From Eledone cirrhosa (lineage: Eukaryota), in the NCBI GenBank assembly GCA_964016885.1, contig OZ024742.1, positions 238,452,001-238,516,000 of the forward strand: 64,000 bases of DNA, given 5' to 3'. The position numbers and the translations under genes were made by a program. Every line of letters starts with the position of its first letter. Position 1 is the stretch's first letter. The notes beneath the pieces are model-generated. The model ran no database searches. It saw nothing but the letters and a program-made list of their open reading frames with translations, and had not been told where the DNA came from. Below, in pieces: positions 13,446 through 26,923 of the stretch.

Positions 13446-15559
13446 TTTTTTTTTGTGTGTTTTTCTGTAAAATAGGTAAATATAAAGAATTTTTTTTATT
13501 TATTATATATTGCTGCAAAATTTCAAGCTGAGATTCCTATCATGCGAATAATTAAGAATTTTATATGGTATATTTTACTTGAAATTGACGGGGGACACTA
13601 AAAGAAATATTGTATGTATGTGTATATATGCTTGACTCTTTCTCTTAATTTTCAGTTTATTTTTTACCAGCTGGCAAGATTGTAAATAAAAGAAAATTTC
13701 CGTTGTCCCTTGGGAAATTGTTTGAACCGTAATAATGTTTTAAAGATTTTGAAGATTCCAGATATCGTAACCATTTGTATCTAAGGAATGAAGAAGCTGC
13801 GTTCTTTCTCTCTCCAAGAACCCATGTTCCGTCATACTGTGATCCAGGTGAGTGCCAAATCTCAGCTGGATATTGCCTCATATAATTGTGTTGCATGAAT
13901 CACTTCCCAAATCTTTACATGTATCACGATTATAAAGTGAAGCTGAGGGCAATGTTCACTAATGATTTTTAATAAATCGATTTACCTTTCTTTTTAAACT
14001 ATTGTCTTAATTATATACGTTTCATGTCGCATCCCGCCATGCCATGGGCCCATAACTCTTGATGAAGCCGTAGGATAATATACATCTTGTTTTGGGTATT
14101 TAAAACTGTTAGAGCCCAATCTTTTCGAAGTCTGAACACAGTCGGGTTTTTTTCCAGAAATAGAAAGAGCGAGAGAAACAGTTGAAGAATCGACTCCAGT
14201 ACTGGACTAGTACTATATTTATCGACCTCGGAAGGATGAAAGACAAAGTTAACCTCAGTTGGATTTGAACTTAGAAATTCAGAACGAATACGGCGAAGCA
14301 TTCTATCCAACGTTCTAATAACTCTGCCAATTCGTCGTTATATATGTCCCACACAACTTTCAAACCATTCTGATAATACATGAAAAAAGACAATATCTTT
14401 TGTTACTGATCGAAAAATCGATTAAGTCTACACTGACATTGATCAGTTCCAATTTAAATTGCTAATATTTGGGGAAGAAAAGCTTGAACATCACAATATA
14501 CTATTCATCCTATATTTTTCTCTTCGTTGTGGTGGATCTTCTATTAGTTTTGACAATAAGCATTCAATTCTTGGATAAACTGAACGACCTATGTAGGCAT
14601 GGTTGAGTAGTTAAGAAGTTCACTTCGCAATCATGAGGTTCCAAGTTCGATCCAACCACACGTACTCTTGGAGAAGTATCTTTACCATAGCTAATTACAG
14701 TGTCTGGTGTATGTACTGTTAAGGTATGGTTAAAGCTGGAACGTTTTTGATCATAGATCTATTCAATGAAAGTAGACGCGAGATTTGAACTCGGAGCACA
14801 GAGAGCCGAAACGAATATCGAGGCTTTTAATCCAGCGCTCTTACGACTCCATTAATTCGTTGCTTTTTCTGTGAACTTATTTCTTAATAACTTAAAATTA
14901 TCGTTCCTTTTCTTTGAGAGGCGCTGACAATTACTACCATGAGTGTTTTTTTTTTCTTTCTACAGCTAAAAGGCAAATTTTAATTCATTTACAATTTCTT
15001 TTTTTATTTTTGCACATGCCATTCTAAATACGACACCCTGCTTAAATAATATAGGTTGTCGTTCGATCCTAACATTTTTCATTTGTTTGTAAATATTCTT
15101 CAGACTGGCCCTGTGGTCGCTTATCTCCTTGACTGGAAGGCTAAAGAATCGCGATGGAAATGCAATACAATACAATTTTTTTAAGTGTTCTGCTAACATT
15201 GTTTCATCTGATTTTCCTCGTTGTTGATGTTGATATTGCCATGGCTCATTTCATGTTTCATAATTGATTATTAAATGTCTGTAACCAAATAAAGAGAAAT
15301 ATTGGAGGCAAGTCGGAGAAGAGGATTTCTAATGTAAATATAAAGAAGAAAATATAATCCTGATTCCTTATTCTCTGTAATATTTTATCTTCTATCTTAA
15401 CCGTTATTATTTTATCTCCTTTAGGCGGCGGCAAATTGGCGCAATAAAAATTGTTCTGTGTTTGTTTCGGCTCACTGCAACTGAGTTCAAATCCTGCCGA
15501 GGTCAACTTTGATTTTCATCCTTTCGGAGTCATTAAATGCTCGTTTAGTACTATGGTTG

Positions 15560-15604
<45 letters not shown>

Positions 15605-16168
15605 TACACACGCTCCCTATCTCTCATTCTCTATCTCTAATTCTCACTCTCTCACTGAATGGGCTATACTGTTCACATCACACCTTCAATATTTTCACAC
15701 TGTGATAAAGAAATAAGATTTTATATTCTATCTTAAATTTAGACGGCGAATTGGTAGTCATTACAACGTCAGATTAGATACCTGGGTATTGTAGTCGCCA
15801 TATATAGACTATTATAATAGACACAGAAACATGTTAAAGCCAATAAATTCCTATTTCGCACCGAAGTCTATATTTTTCTTGGTGCAATACTTGCTTATAA
15901 TATATACTCCGTGATCTCTTCTGGATTTATATACCATATTCCCCTGCTTGGATATTTATGCTATACCAGTCAAAGGCTACAGTCGAATCAAATTCTCTGG
16001 TAAGCAGTTATCTTGTTTAAGCAGTCATTCTTGATATACATAAGCAAAACCTTATCTCCCCTCACATTTCTTTCTCCCTACGGTTGAACCAAACCTGCTA
16101 CTTACCAACACGCCATGGAAAAACACTACCTAGGCATTTCTCTAAAATATATACCATATCCTCATAAT

Positions 16169-16357
16169 AATTGTTTCTACTTTTGGCACAAGGCCAGCAA
16201 TTACCCAGTACATTACTGGTACTTTATTTTATCGACCCCGTAAGGATGAAAGGCAAAGTTAACCTTGGCAGGATTTGAACTCAGACCATAAAGGGCCGTA
16301 ACTCTTTGCTGCAAAGCGTGGCGTCCGAGCCTCTACCGATACTGCCAATCCACCGCC
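16169..16357 (-). mobile_element. SINE family A, full length
   Basis: Family match; flanking tatcctcataataa repeat resembles a TSD. Confidence 0.88.
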
Positions 16358-16439
16358 TCATAATATCCTCATAATAATGATTATCTCAAAGATCTAATAC
16401 AAATGTATTCATCCTCCGTTTACAGTGGAAAGTATTCCT

Positions 16440-17430
16440 CCTCCCTGGGTCCTTGCTCCATCCTCAGATCTCGTTTGTCGCTTTCAGTAGGTTATCTCTC
16501 AGGAACCCCCTCTGCTCCACTATATAGTATGTCTATTTCTTCTATCTTGCTATCAAATGCGTCAAGTAAGAATCTCCTGAATTTGTTACGAACTTGGGGC
16601 TGCTTCGACTTCCATATCCTTCTCCTACATGTTGTTTTCTGACTCCAGGTCGGTTTGATTCTGACTCGAAAGATGCTGACTATCAGCTTATGTTGGGAGG
16701 TGCATTCCTCATCCGGGATGCTTTTTGTGTTTACGACCGTTGCTCTGTCTTGCATTCTGATGATATAGTCAATTTGGCTGGTGCGCTTCCTTGCAGATAA
16801 TCATTTCGTTGACGTCGCAGAATTCCAGGAGCATCTGTCTTTCCTCATTTCTTGTACCAAACCCGAAACTTCCATGGACCCCATTATATCCGTCGCTTCG
16901 TCTCCCTACATGACTGTTAAAGTCACCTGCAATAATGGGGAAGTCGGTGTTACTGGTTTGGGGTGTTGCACTCGTAAAATAGGTCCTTTTGTTCATCCAG
17001 CACACCGAATTGGGGTGCATAGGCAGACAAGGTTGATACCGTTGTCCTGTTTAGGATTAGACTAAGTGAGATGATCCTCACATTTATTCTGTTTACTGCA
17101 ATTACCTTGACCAACCATATTCCAGCTAGCATAATACCTACACCTCCAATCCCGCTATCGTTACATTTCCAGAATAATTCAGAACCTTGTTTTCTGCCTA
17201 CTAGGCGTCTGGAAGATTCTCCTCTCTTGTATACAACATACATCAACTTTCTTACGCTCGAGCATCTCCTCGGTGCGGCTCTGAAGACTTGGGGAAGGGA
17301 TACTCTGTTTCTGATGGTGGATGATGGCTTGGTGTAGGCTTTTAGCGTCTGAAAAGAAGGAGAGGGTAGGCGTGGTCGCCCAGAGCTGGGCGTTTGCATC
17401 GTGACCTTGTTTATTATGAATATTACTTAC
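16440..17430 (-). mobile_element. RTE-clade LINE 5' fragment (APE endonuclease), decayed
   Basis: VDVCCIQE, GVGIMLA, SAYAPQ, IIAGDFNSHVG, GFGTRNEE...LLEFC and SQHKLIV motifs spread across frames. Confidence 0.85.
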
Positions 17431-17709
17431 CAACCAGTGACATTTGGTGGTGGTGGGGAGATATTAGTGGCGCAGGTCTAAGTGTTAGGAGTTAGTGATG
17501 CATGTGTTGGTGGTGCAAATATTAACCGTAGGGGTGGAGAAGTATGTAGGTTATGGAATGATATTATACGTAGGGGTGTTGAATGTGTAGGTTAAGGGGT
17601 TAGGTTAACAAGATGTCGCTCCCCTGTGTTTTCATTGGACTATGTTATGGTCGTCAGAGGGGGTTGGAGGGTGGGAAAATATGTATGAGATTCAGAGACA
17701 GAGTATTGA

Positions 17710-18960
17710 CGCTGTGAAGCTAAAATAACTTGACAGTGTGAAATTCAGTGTTTCAGAGATATGTGATTACGTTGTGTTGATAAAAGAGGGTCTGCCGAAA
17801 AGGGACTGTCGGAAGTTGGCGGACGCCTTTTCGGAAGCGGAAGAACGAGTGAGGTCATATAAGGGTTCAGGGCCTATTAATGATCTCTTTTTCCCCTCAG
17901 GACTTGGTCTAGTGCGGACGTGTTGTGCGAACGGGAGTGAGAAAGGTTCTGTTATCCTCACTCAGATGTAAGTCACGAGGACTGTGGAAGACTCGGTCTG
18001 GAGTAAATTGGAGACGCAAGGTAGGTCCAGCCGCTTCAGATCACAAGCTAATTTCGGCGTTTTTTATTTTTCCCTACTTTTTCTCTCTCTCTCTCTCTCT
18101 CTCTCGCTCTCTCTTCTTGGGGTATTATTGACATTCAGTTCAAATCCCGCCGAGATCAACTTTGCCTTTCATCCTTACGGGGTCGATAAAATGAAGTACC
18201 AGTAATGTACTGGGTAATTGCTGGCCTTGTGCCAAAAGTAGAAACAATTATTGACATTTACGATCTCGCAGGCGATATGGCGGCGACGAAATTGAGAATG
18301 GGTAGCGAGGCTATCAAAGCCTTCAACGGCAAGGGAGATGTCATCACCTGGTTGAGTCAGATTGGTCGCTACGCTGCAAGATATTGAAAACGTGACTGGC
18401 TGACCTAATGGCCCTCTACCTCGATGGAAATACACTAGCATTATACCTCGAGATGGACAGGTCAGACCAAGTGAACGCGGAGAAGATAGAGCAACGTCTT
18501 AAGGAAGCGTTCATTGAGGGGCCTTATGCTGCTTTCGCCAAGCTAAGCAAAATGAGATGGATGGGAGAACATGTGGACGTATTTGCAGCGGAAATGGGGC
18601 GGTTGGCTACGCTAGCAGACTTCACAGAAGAGAACCGCGAAAGGGTCGTGCGGAAGGCATTCGTAAATGGGTTCCTCGATGAGATTTTGGTGAGGCTCCA
18701 GCCGTTGCCGGGCAACAGAAAAATGAGCATGAGCGAGCTAATCGCACAGGCCCGTGTAGTGACACAAGTCGCCGAGCGGAATGTTGCAGCGTTAGCAGCG
18801 ACGGAAGCCCATGGCCGTTGACAGCGATCGACGAACGACGAAAGGAAAACAGCTACTGTGAATACTCAACCACGGGCGTTCAGAGGCCAGTGCATCAGGT
18901 GTCAGGGTCCGCACATGGCAAGGGACTGCAGAGTCGAAGCCAGACATAATTTGTGGTGCT
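17710..18960 (+). mobile_element. Gypsy-like LTR retrotransposon relic: putative LTR/leader plus frameshifted gag with zinc knuckle; SINE A inserted at ~18135-18250
   Basis: AIKAFNGKGDVITWL...MALYLDGNTLALYLEM...AFVNGF capsid-like region and CIRCQGPHMARDC knuckle; paralogous to 28230-28610. Confidence 0.7.
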
Positions 18961-19364
18961 GGAGAAGACCCGACTTGCAGCATACACTGTGGCCTGACCT
19001 CCCCCCACTTCCACTACAGCTTACTAACAGCTATCCTCAACACTATCACACCCCTCTCACCACACACACCCATGCCCCACACACGTTCCTAGCTGCTGCT
19101 TGTGAGGTGGTTCGTGATGGCAAGGGCAATAGCCATAGAGCACTTGCCAAACAAAGGATTGGGAAGACACTTTAGTCAGTTCAAGGTGTGACAGCCTCCC
19201 TAGTGTTTGGTGATCTACATAAAAAACACACCCAGCACATGCTGTAAAGTGGTTGGTGATAGGAAGGGAAGTCAGTTGTAGAAAGCTTGCCAAATAAAAT
19301 AGTCAGAAGGACCTTTCAATTATGTCAAGGACATGACAACCTCCTTAGTGTTGATGATCTACAT

Positions 19365-19546
19365 CGGACCTGTCAAACTCAGAGTCCCCCGAGAGCCACA
19401 TGGGTCACATGTGTTGTCTGAGGGCCACACATGACAACTAATTTTTTTTTTATTTTATATTACGAAGATAAAACATGCTCACGCTGTAAAAACCTTTGTG
19501 CGGGCTGCAGGTGTGCTCATAAAAGGCTGCATGTTTGATATGCCTG
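19365..19546. mobile_element. hAT (Charlie-like) MITE, 182 bp
   Basis: 8-bp TSD ATCTACAT (19357-19364, 19547-19554); TIRs CGGACCTGTCAAAC / GTTTGATATGCCTG; same family as 55868-56051. Confidence 0.85.
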
Positions 19547-19814
19547 ATCTACATGATAAACACACTTAGTACATGTTCTAAAGTGGTTGGTGATATGAAG
19601 GGCATCCAGCCATAGAAAGCTTGCCAAACAAAAGGTTGGAAGGAGTCTCAGTTGTGTCAAAGACATGACAACCTACCATGTGTACTCAGTAGAATGTGAG
19701 ACCGTACATAAGCGAGGCAACAGATCCCTGGCAGGTCTGAGAGATCAAGAAGCACTGACTTGGTCTATGTAGACCCACCCAACCCTTACTGGCAGGGAAA
19801 TTGATGTTAAAACA

Positions 19815-19987
19815 ATAATTGTTTCTACTTTTGGCACAAGGCCAGCAATTACCCAGTAGATTACTGGTACTTTATTTTATCGACCCCGTAAGGATGAAAG
19901 GCAAAGTCAACCTCGGCGGGATTTGAACTCAGATCGTAAAGGGGCGTAACTATGCTGGAAAGCATGGCGTCCGACCCTCTACTGATA
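19815..19987 (-). mobile_element. SINE family A
   Basis: Family match. Confidence 0.85.
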
Positions 19988-20139
19988 AATGATGATATAA
20001 TATATATATAATCCCAATAATTCTATCCTATGTCCTAAATGCAAGCTATGGCTACATAAAACTTGTAGTGGTATCACAGGCAGGCTACTAAAGAATGTAG
20101 GTTTTATATGCGGCTGATGCCCAAGTGCAGTAACAAGAT

Positions 20140-20580
20140 ACTAGCTCCTTCAAATGCCCAGACGGTACTATAGAAATAGTCAAGAGTTTCCATTACCTGG
20201 GTGATAAAGGATGTTCCATGAATACTGTAGCCAGAGAGAAAGTTCAGGGAGCTACTACTGCTGCTAGGTACAAAAGGTTTTTTCCGCAAAATGAAGGGCA
20301 GATTGTATGGTGCATGTATACAAGCAGCAATGTTGCATGAGAGTGAGACCTGGGTACTGTGTGCAGACGACCTACAAAGATTGGAAAGAAATGAAGCCGG
20401 CATGCTCCAATAGATGTGTAATATACTCAAACAGTAAAGCGTAAATGAACCGAGAGAGAAATTGGGTGTAAGAGGGATCAGATGTAGTGTGCAAGAGAGG
20501 AGATTGCATTGGTATGGCCATGTGATGTGTATGAAAGATGACAGCTGTATAAAAACGTGCAGGGCGATCAAAGGCCTGGG
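20140..20580 (+). mobile_element. RTE LINE 3' fragment (region after the RT domain)
   Basis: FHYLG...KFRELL...MKGRLYGACIQAAMLHESETW...LHWYGHV motifs. Confidence 0.85.
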
Positions 20581-20829
20581 TTGAGGTGATAAAAGGTAAC
20601 TTTGTACAATTGCATCTCTCAAAGACAATGACACAGGATTGAGATCTTTGGTGTTATACAGTAATACACAAGAACCGCTTTCCAATGTGCACAGACTGAA
20701 GTATACATCTAGTATGAACCTCTTAACCACTATCCTCCCCTTTCTTCCATACACCTGCAGGCCCTAACACCCCACCCACATCTAATCACACCACCCTTCC
20801 CCTATGCCCTCACACCCTTGCCCCAGTCC

Positions 20830-21110
20830 ACACTGTAAATTTGTCGCAACAAAAAGCATCCAGCCAACACTGTAAAGTGGTCATATAGGTGTCACGACAG
20901 AAAGCACCTATAAAGTGGTCGTTCAGGTGCCATGACAAAAAGCACCCAGCCCAAACTGTAAAGTGGTCATGTAGGTGTCACAACAAAAAGCACCCAGCCT
21001 ACACTGTAAAGTGGTCATGTAGGTGTCACAACAACAAGGATTCAGCCCACACTGTAAAGTCTTCATGTAGGTGTCATGACAAAAAGCACCCAGCACAAAC
21101 TGTAAATATG
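20830..21110 (+). repeat. Tandem ~44-bp unit (CACACTGTAAAGTGGTCATGTAGGTGTCACAACAAAAAGCACCCAGC), about 6 copies, in a SINE-B/RTE-type tail ending in (GAT)n
   Basis: Direct reading; the same unit occurs as 1-2 copies elsewhere (e.g. 47680-47780). Confidence 0.8.
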
Positions 21111-21161
21111 GTTGGCATTAGGAAGAGCATCCAGCCGTAGAAGACGATGATGATGATGATG

Positions 21162-21202
<41 letters not shown>

Positions 21203-21716
21203 TGCCCCTCGTTATCGAGTATGGCCATTGCACCATTATTAATAATTATTAATTAATTCTATCGTGCAATGCCTGTGCGTGAAGATATTTTTTAAAGTGA
21301 GGAAAGACTGTGCACTGAGCCAATCCGACTCTCTGAGCGACACTAGCTATAACCCGAAAAGAAGAAAAGATCAACATCATCAGTTATTACTGAGCCGCAG
21401 GTTTTATATCGGAGTTATCCCAGTTTCCTGAGTTGCCTTCTCCTAGAAGAATGCCCTGACAAGGCTAGGGGCCCTTCACTTCCAGTGGGTATCCAGCCCG
21501 ACTATTTCTATGTCTCTGTGCATATACACACATATGCACCCATGTACATATACATACATATGTACATGTGTATATACATATTTACACACTTTTGGATGGC
21601 CGTTGACTCTTATGAGTTCTTCCACCCTTTTTATATATATATTTATATATATATATATATATATATTATTAGAAATGTAAGCTATCGCCGTATTTTGACT
21701 AAAAATATTCTTACAT

Positions 21717-21747
<31 letters not shown>

Positions 21748-21826
21748 ATCATCATTATCATGTGTGTATGTATGTGTATATATATATATATGTGTGTGTG
21801 TATCATCATTATCATGTGTGTATTTA

Positions 21827-22015
21827 GGGCGGTGGATTGGCAGTATCGGTAGAGGGTCGGACGCCATGCTTTCCAGCATAGTTACGTCCCTTTACGATCT
21901 GAGTTCAAATCCCGCCGAGGTTGACTTTGCCTTTCATCCTTACGGGGTCGATAAAATAAAGTACCAGTAATGCACTGGATAATTGCTGGCCTTGTGCCTA
22001 AAGTAGAAACAATTA
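21827..22015 (+). mobile_element. SINE family A, full length
   Basis: GGCGGTGGATTGGCAGTATCGG head, B box GAGTTCAAATCC. Confidence 0.9.
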
Positions 22016-22064
22016 TCATGTGTGTATGTATATATATATATATGTGTATCATCATTATCATGTG

Positions 22065-22103
<39 letters not shown>

Positions 22104-22124
22104 CTATCATCATTATCATGTGTA

Positions 22125-22475
22125 CGTACGCCGCCTTAGTTCATTTATGCTTTGCCATTCACGTATATTACTATTACACATCCAGCGGAGCATGCAAGCT
22201 TCGTTCCTCTCCAGCCTGCGTATATCCTCTGCACACAATGCCCAGGTCTCACTGCCATGTAACATTGCTGTTAATATGCAGGCATCATACAGCCTACCTT
22301 TCATTTTTAGAGAGAACCCTTTAGCGGCTAATAGTGGTATAAGCTCTCTGAACTTTTTCCATCCAGTTCTGACTCTAGCTACTGTACTTTCAGAGCACCC
22401 TCCACCACTGCTGATTTTGTCACCACCCAAGTAACGGAAGGTGTCCACTATTTCTATAGAACCATCTGTGCAATG
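22125..22475 (-). mobile_element. RTE LINE fragment
   Basis: FRYLG...ARVRTGWKKFRELIPLL...GRLYDACILTAMLHGSETW. Confidence 0.88.
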
Positions 22476-23149
22476 GAATATATATATATATATATATATA
22501 TTTATTAAAATAACAGATTAAAGTTTAAGCAAAGAATCGCTGCTTTCACCCTTAACAGGATCTTCTGAAACTCTTTTGTACATTTATTTTGTATATGAGT
22601 GTGTATTTATATGTTTTATTACTATATATATATATATATATATATATTATATTATATATATAATATACAATAAATCTGTATGTATATTCTTGCCATAATG
22701 CCAAAATGTTTAAAAACAAAAACAATATGCATATCATTACAAAAAAGTTTTAAATTTTATTTATTTTCAACCAAAATCTATTAAAGTTTCAAGAAATATT
22801 TCATAAAGCTAAATCTAAATTTCTTTCAATGTTTTCTGGGTCAGGAAGTCAAAGACTTTTTCTTTTTCCTTTTTTCTTGTGTGCAGGGACAGGGTTTGTT
22901 TGTTTTGTTCAAATTTAATGCATTCTGTGATAATTGTTAATTGGGAAAAATATATAAATTTAGTCCTGTGAATAAACTGGATTAACATAATTTAATCCAA
23001 TGAATTATAAATTATGGAAATATGAAAGCTTTGATGTTGTTGTTGATTTAGTATATAATAATTATTTAATTAAATATTAAGTAATTAAAAAGTTACGTAA
23101 AATTAGTAGAACCCTTTACATAAGCAAAAATTACAATGTATGTTTTAAA

Positions 23150-23310
23150 TCACATATATATATATATATATATGTGATTTAAAACATACATTACAATTTT
23201 TGCTTATATATACATACACATATACATATATATATGTATATATACATCTATATATATATATACATCTATATATATATATATACATATATGTATGTATATA
23301 TATATACATC

Positions 23311-23341
<31 letters not shown>

Positions 23342-23492
23342 GTATATATATATACATCTGTATATATATATATACATATATATATGTATATATATATACA
23401 TCTGTATATATATATATATACATATATATATGTATATATATATACATCTGTATATATATATATACATATATATATGTATATATATATACATC

Positions 23493-23523
<31 letters not shown>

Positions 23524-23568
23524 GTATATATATATACATCTGTATATATATATATATATATATATACA

Positions 23569-23649
<81 letters not shown>

Positions 23650-23807
23650 TATATATTATATATATATATATAATATATATATATATATTATATATATATA
23701 TATATACATCTATATATATACATCTATATATATATATACATCTATATATATATACATCTATATATATACATCTATATATATATACATCTATATATATATA
23801 TACATCT
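23150..23807. repeat. Compound (TA)n / TACATC(T/G) microsatellite-minisatellite
   Basis: Direct reading; source of the spurious YI-repeat ORFs. Confidence 0.95.
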
Positions 23808-24430
23808 TTTGCGAGGTTTTTTTATATGAAATCGTGTGTCGAAACAAATATTGTTATACTTGGGGAGGGTCATATTTGTGTAATATTGCCAGAATTAATA
23901 ACAGAACACACTCACTGGTTGGTTTTCGCTTCTCGCTGTCTTTTATATCGGTAATCTAACTTACTCGGTCCTCAATGTTGCCATTGACTGACCGACGGTC
24001 AAAAATAATACAGATACAATATAGACACAAACACATATATATAGTTTATCATAAATCTTTCGTTGCACATCTGCAACATCGTCAGTGGTGTTATATTTTC
24101 CTCCTGTTGTGTTGTATGTCTACGCCATTTTTATTCAGTCTGTCTATATATTTATTTATTTATTTGCTTGTTTGTTTATTTTATTTTGTCTTCTTTGCGC
24201 ATGCGTTTGCGTGTGTGTATAGTGTTATGTTTGCTGTGTGATGGGTGACTAGTGTGTGTTTATGTGCTTGTTGTTATTGTGCTTGTGTATGTATTTATTT
24301 ATTTATTTATCTTATTTTATTGTTCTGTTATTAATTTTATCTTATTTTATTGTTCTGTTATTAATTTTATTGTTCTATTATTAATTCTGGCAATATTACA
24401 CAAATATGACCCCCCCCAAGTATAACAATA
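23808..24430. mobile_element. (TA)n-embedded cassette with ~55-bp inverted ends, related to 10141-10260; likely Penelope-like relic
   Basis: tgttatacttggggagggtcatatttgtgtaatattgccagaattaataa (~23850-23900) is inverted at ~24375-24428; shares gtgtgtYgaaac...tgttatacttKgggagggtcat with ~10180-10220. Confidence 0.6.
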
Positions 24431-24566
24431 TATATACATCTATATATATATATACATCTCTATATACATCTATATATATATATATATACATCTATATATA
24501 TACATACATCTATATATATACATCTATATATATATATATATATATACATCTATATATATATATACA

Positions 24567-24603
<37 letters not shown>

Positions 24604-25021
24604 CTTTTTGAATTGAGTTTGAATTATTTTTCCCACATCTCACATTAACTATTTTCTCATTTTGACGCTATAGTCACATATATTATGGAATACTGTTGGC
24701 TTCTTGCTACAATACTTTCTATACCTTTCATTTATATATTTATACTCGGATTTCTTTCCTAGAGTGCTTAAATTATTTGTGATTAATCCCGGTATTTTTT
24801 TTTAAAAAACCGCGATAATATTGCTTTTTGCTGAACTCCTTATTGTAGAGTTTTTTCGGAATGTTTTTGACTGTTGTTTCATGTAAAGAAACATTCATCT
24901 CATTCTGACGTCACCAGCCCTGTTTTTCCATGTGTGCGTTTTTTTTTCATAATCACGCATGATGTTAAACTAGCCTGCTTTTAAATTCCCTTTTTGGCAT
25001 ATTAATCAGTGAGAATCTGGC

Positions 25022-25058
<37 letters not shown>

Positions 25059-25188
25059 TCTACAGTGCTGAGACAGAGGAGATGACTAATAAGGTGATGA
25101 CTACATGGGGAGATGTAGAGTGGGTATAGAGATAGGTAAAATCCTGACTGCGGCACCAAGCAAGTTCGGCTTGTGTGTTCAGCAAGCC

Positions 25189-25221
<33 letters not shown>

Positions 25222-26494
25222 GTATGTATGTATATCTATATTGCAGATGATAAGGTGCTTATAAGTGATTGTTATGCTGTAACTTTGTGAGGATAAGCCG
25301 GTTTAAACAATACAAAAAAACTTCATGTCAGTAGTTTGTCCAAGCTCAAACTTGGTGACTAGGACTGATGGAGTATTCCTTTATCAAATTAAGTGTAGTT
25401 AAGTCAGGGTTACTTCACCATAAATGCTTTATTACATGATATATATTTCTGTTACATGGTTATGCATGTGACTTCATCAGATGCTCATACAATCATGGCT
25501 GTAGTTATGCAATCAGGAGGATATGACACTGGTCATGTATTACCATGATTACATCACTACATATATATATATACATATATATACACACACATATAAATAT
25601 CTGTGTATGTGTGTGCAAGATATGTATGTGTGCATGTATGAATGTACCCGTGCCTGTTTGTGATTACTTTACCCGCTCTTTCCACCTACTAATTTATTTG
25701 CTCTCTAAATTCTTACCTCACCCAACTCGTTCCAGTAATATTTGACTCTTTTATTCATGCATTTCTATGTATACCTTCTAAAACTTCATAGTATACTGTT
25801 AAGTGTGCTTCTATGCATGCACTATGTGTACACATAGTACATACACTTCACCACTGGTTACCAACCCACATTATACACTCTACCTATTTTTAAACCCTTG
25901 TATTTTACCTGATCTTATTTGATCCTATTTTCTAATTTATTAAACTATTTGCTCTTTTACTTCTATATCACCCACTTTTTATTGTCAATTCTTCACTTAA
26001 CAATACTCCTTCAGCCTACAAACCCCAGCTATAAATAGCCTTACCTCTCCACTCTCTATTCCTATTACCATTATGTCCCTTCTCTTCCTACTCCATTCCT
26101 ACTCACTAAACACTCCTACCCCCACCCACACTACTTCCTTCTCCTGACCCCTTGCCTATCCAGATATACTTACCACTGTCCAGCCTCCCACTTTCTCCAT
26201 CAGACCAGTTTACTACTATGATAAACTCAACCAAAGCACTACCAAGACCAGTGACCTTCACACCCTACAAATATTACTACTCCCTTGAAAGGCTTGCTGA
26301 ACACACAAGCTGAAACCACTCGGTCCTGCAGTTGGGATTTTTTATCTCTCTCTCTCTCTCTCTGTATATATATGTGTGTGTATTTACATGTTTTATACTT
26401 AATATGCATATATATATATATATATTTATGTTTGTATATGTAAATATATTGTTTAAGTAATATCTACCTATCTATTCATTATTATTTGTTCTGA

Positions 26495-26635
26495 ATATTT
26501 CCTGAAGAGATACAGTTGGGATGGAGCAGCCATAAGGGAGATATTTGTTAACTAATGTTTATTAACTAATAATTCTCCAGTTGCTCTGCAAATGGATGTA
26601 ATATTCTAGCCGTATTGAAATGTTCGTAGAAATGT
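26495..26635 (+). ncRNA. Type I hammerhead ribozyme motif with extended stem II
   Basis: ATATTTC-CTGAAGA-GATACAGTTGGGAT...ATTCTAGCCGTATT-GAAA-TGTTCG-TA-GAAATGT: 7-bp stem I, ~14-bp stem II base, GUA cleavage triplet ending at 26628. Confidence 0.65.
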
Positions 26636-26827
26636 ATGAATCAATATTTATTTCTTATCCATGACTTTCTTACAATTTTGAATTTTAAATGTTCTGCTGT
26701 GAACCACCCTTAATAACCAGATATCTTAATCAGCCAGTTTTAACTCCAAAAAAACAGAAGACAGTAAAGTGCATCAAGCTTATCTCATCTTACCAAAGAA
26801 AATAGTGAAATACTACAATATAACCTC

Positions 26828-26858
<31 letters not shown>

Positions 26859-26923
26859 TTCTCGAAAAAACTTTTCTGATTCCACCCTGCTTGTCCCCTC
26901 AATCTTTCTAATTTCTCATTCTT

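Noticed and set aside
13657-13848. Plus-strand exon (tttcag ... CAG|gtgagt)
   Set aside because: All three frames contain stops and no partner exons were identified; unsupported without transcripts.
20104-20754. 216-aa minus-strand ORF
   Set aside because: Antisense reading of an RTE LINE fragment.
21827-21915. tRNA gene
   Set aside because: A/B boxes belong to a SINE head; there is no cloverleaf and the sequence continues into the SINE body.
22531-22576. Functional hammerhead on the minus strand
   Set aside because: The core reads CAGAAGA and the UH cleavage site is lost; counted only as a decayed relic.
23145-23959. Long YIYI-rich ORFs (also near 4933, 5678, 10884, 24406)
   Set aside because: Translations of (TA)n microsatellites.
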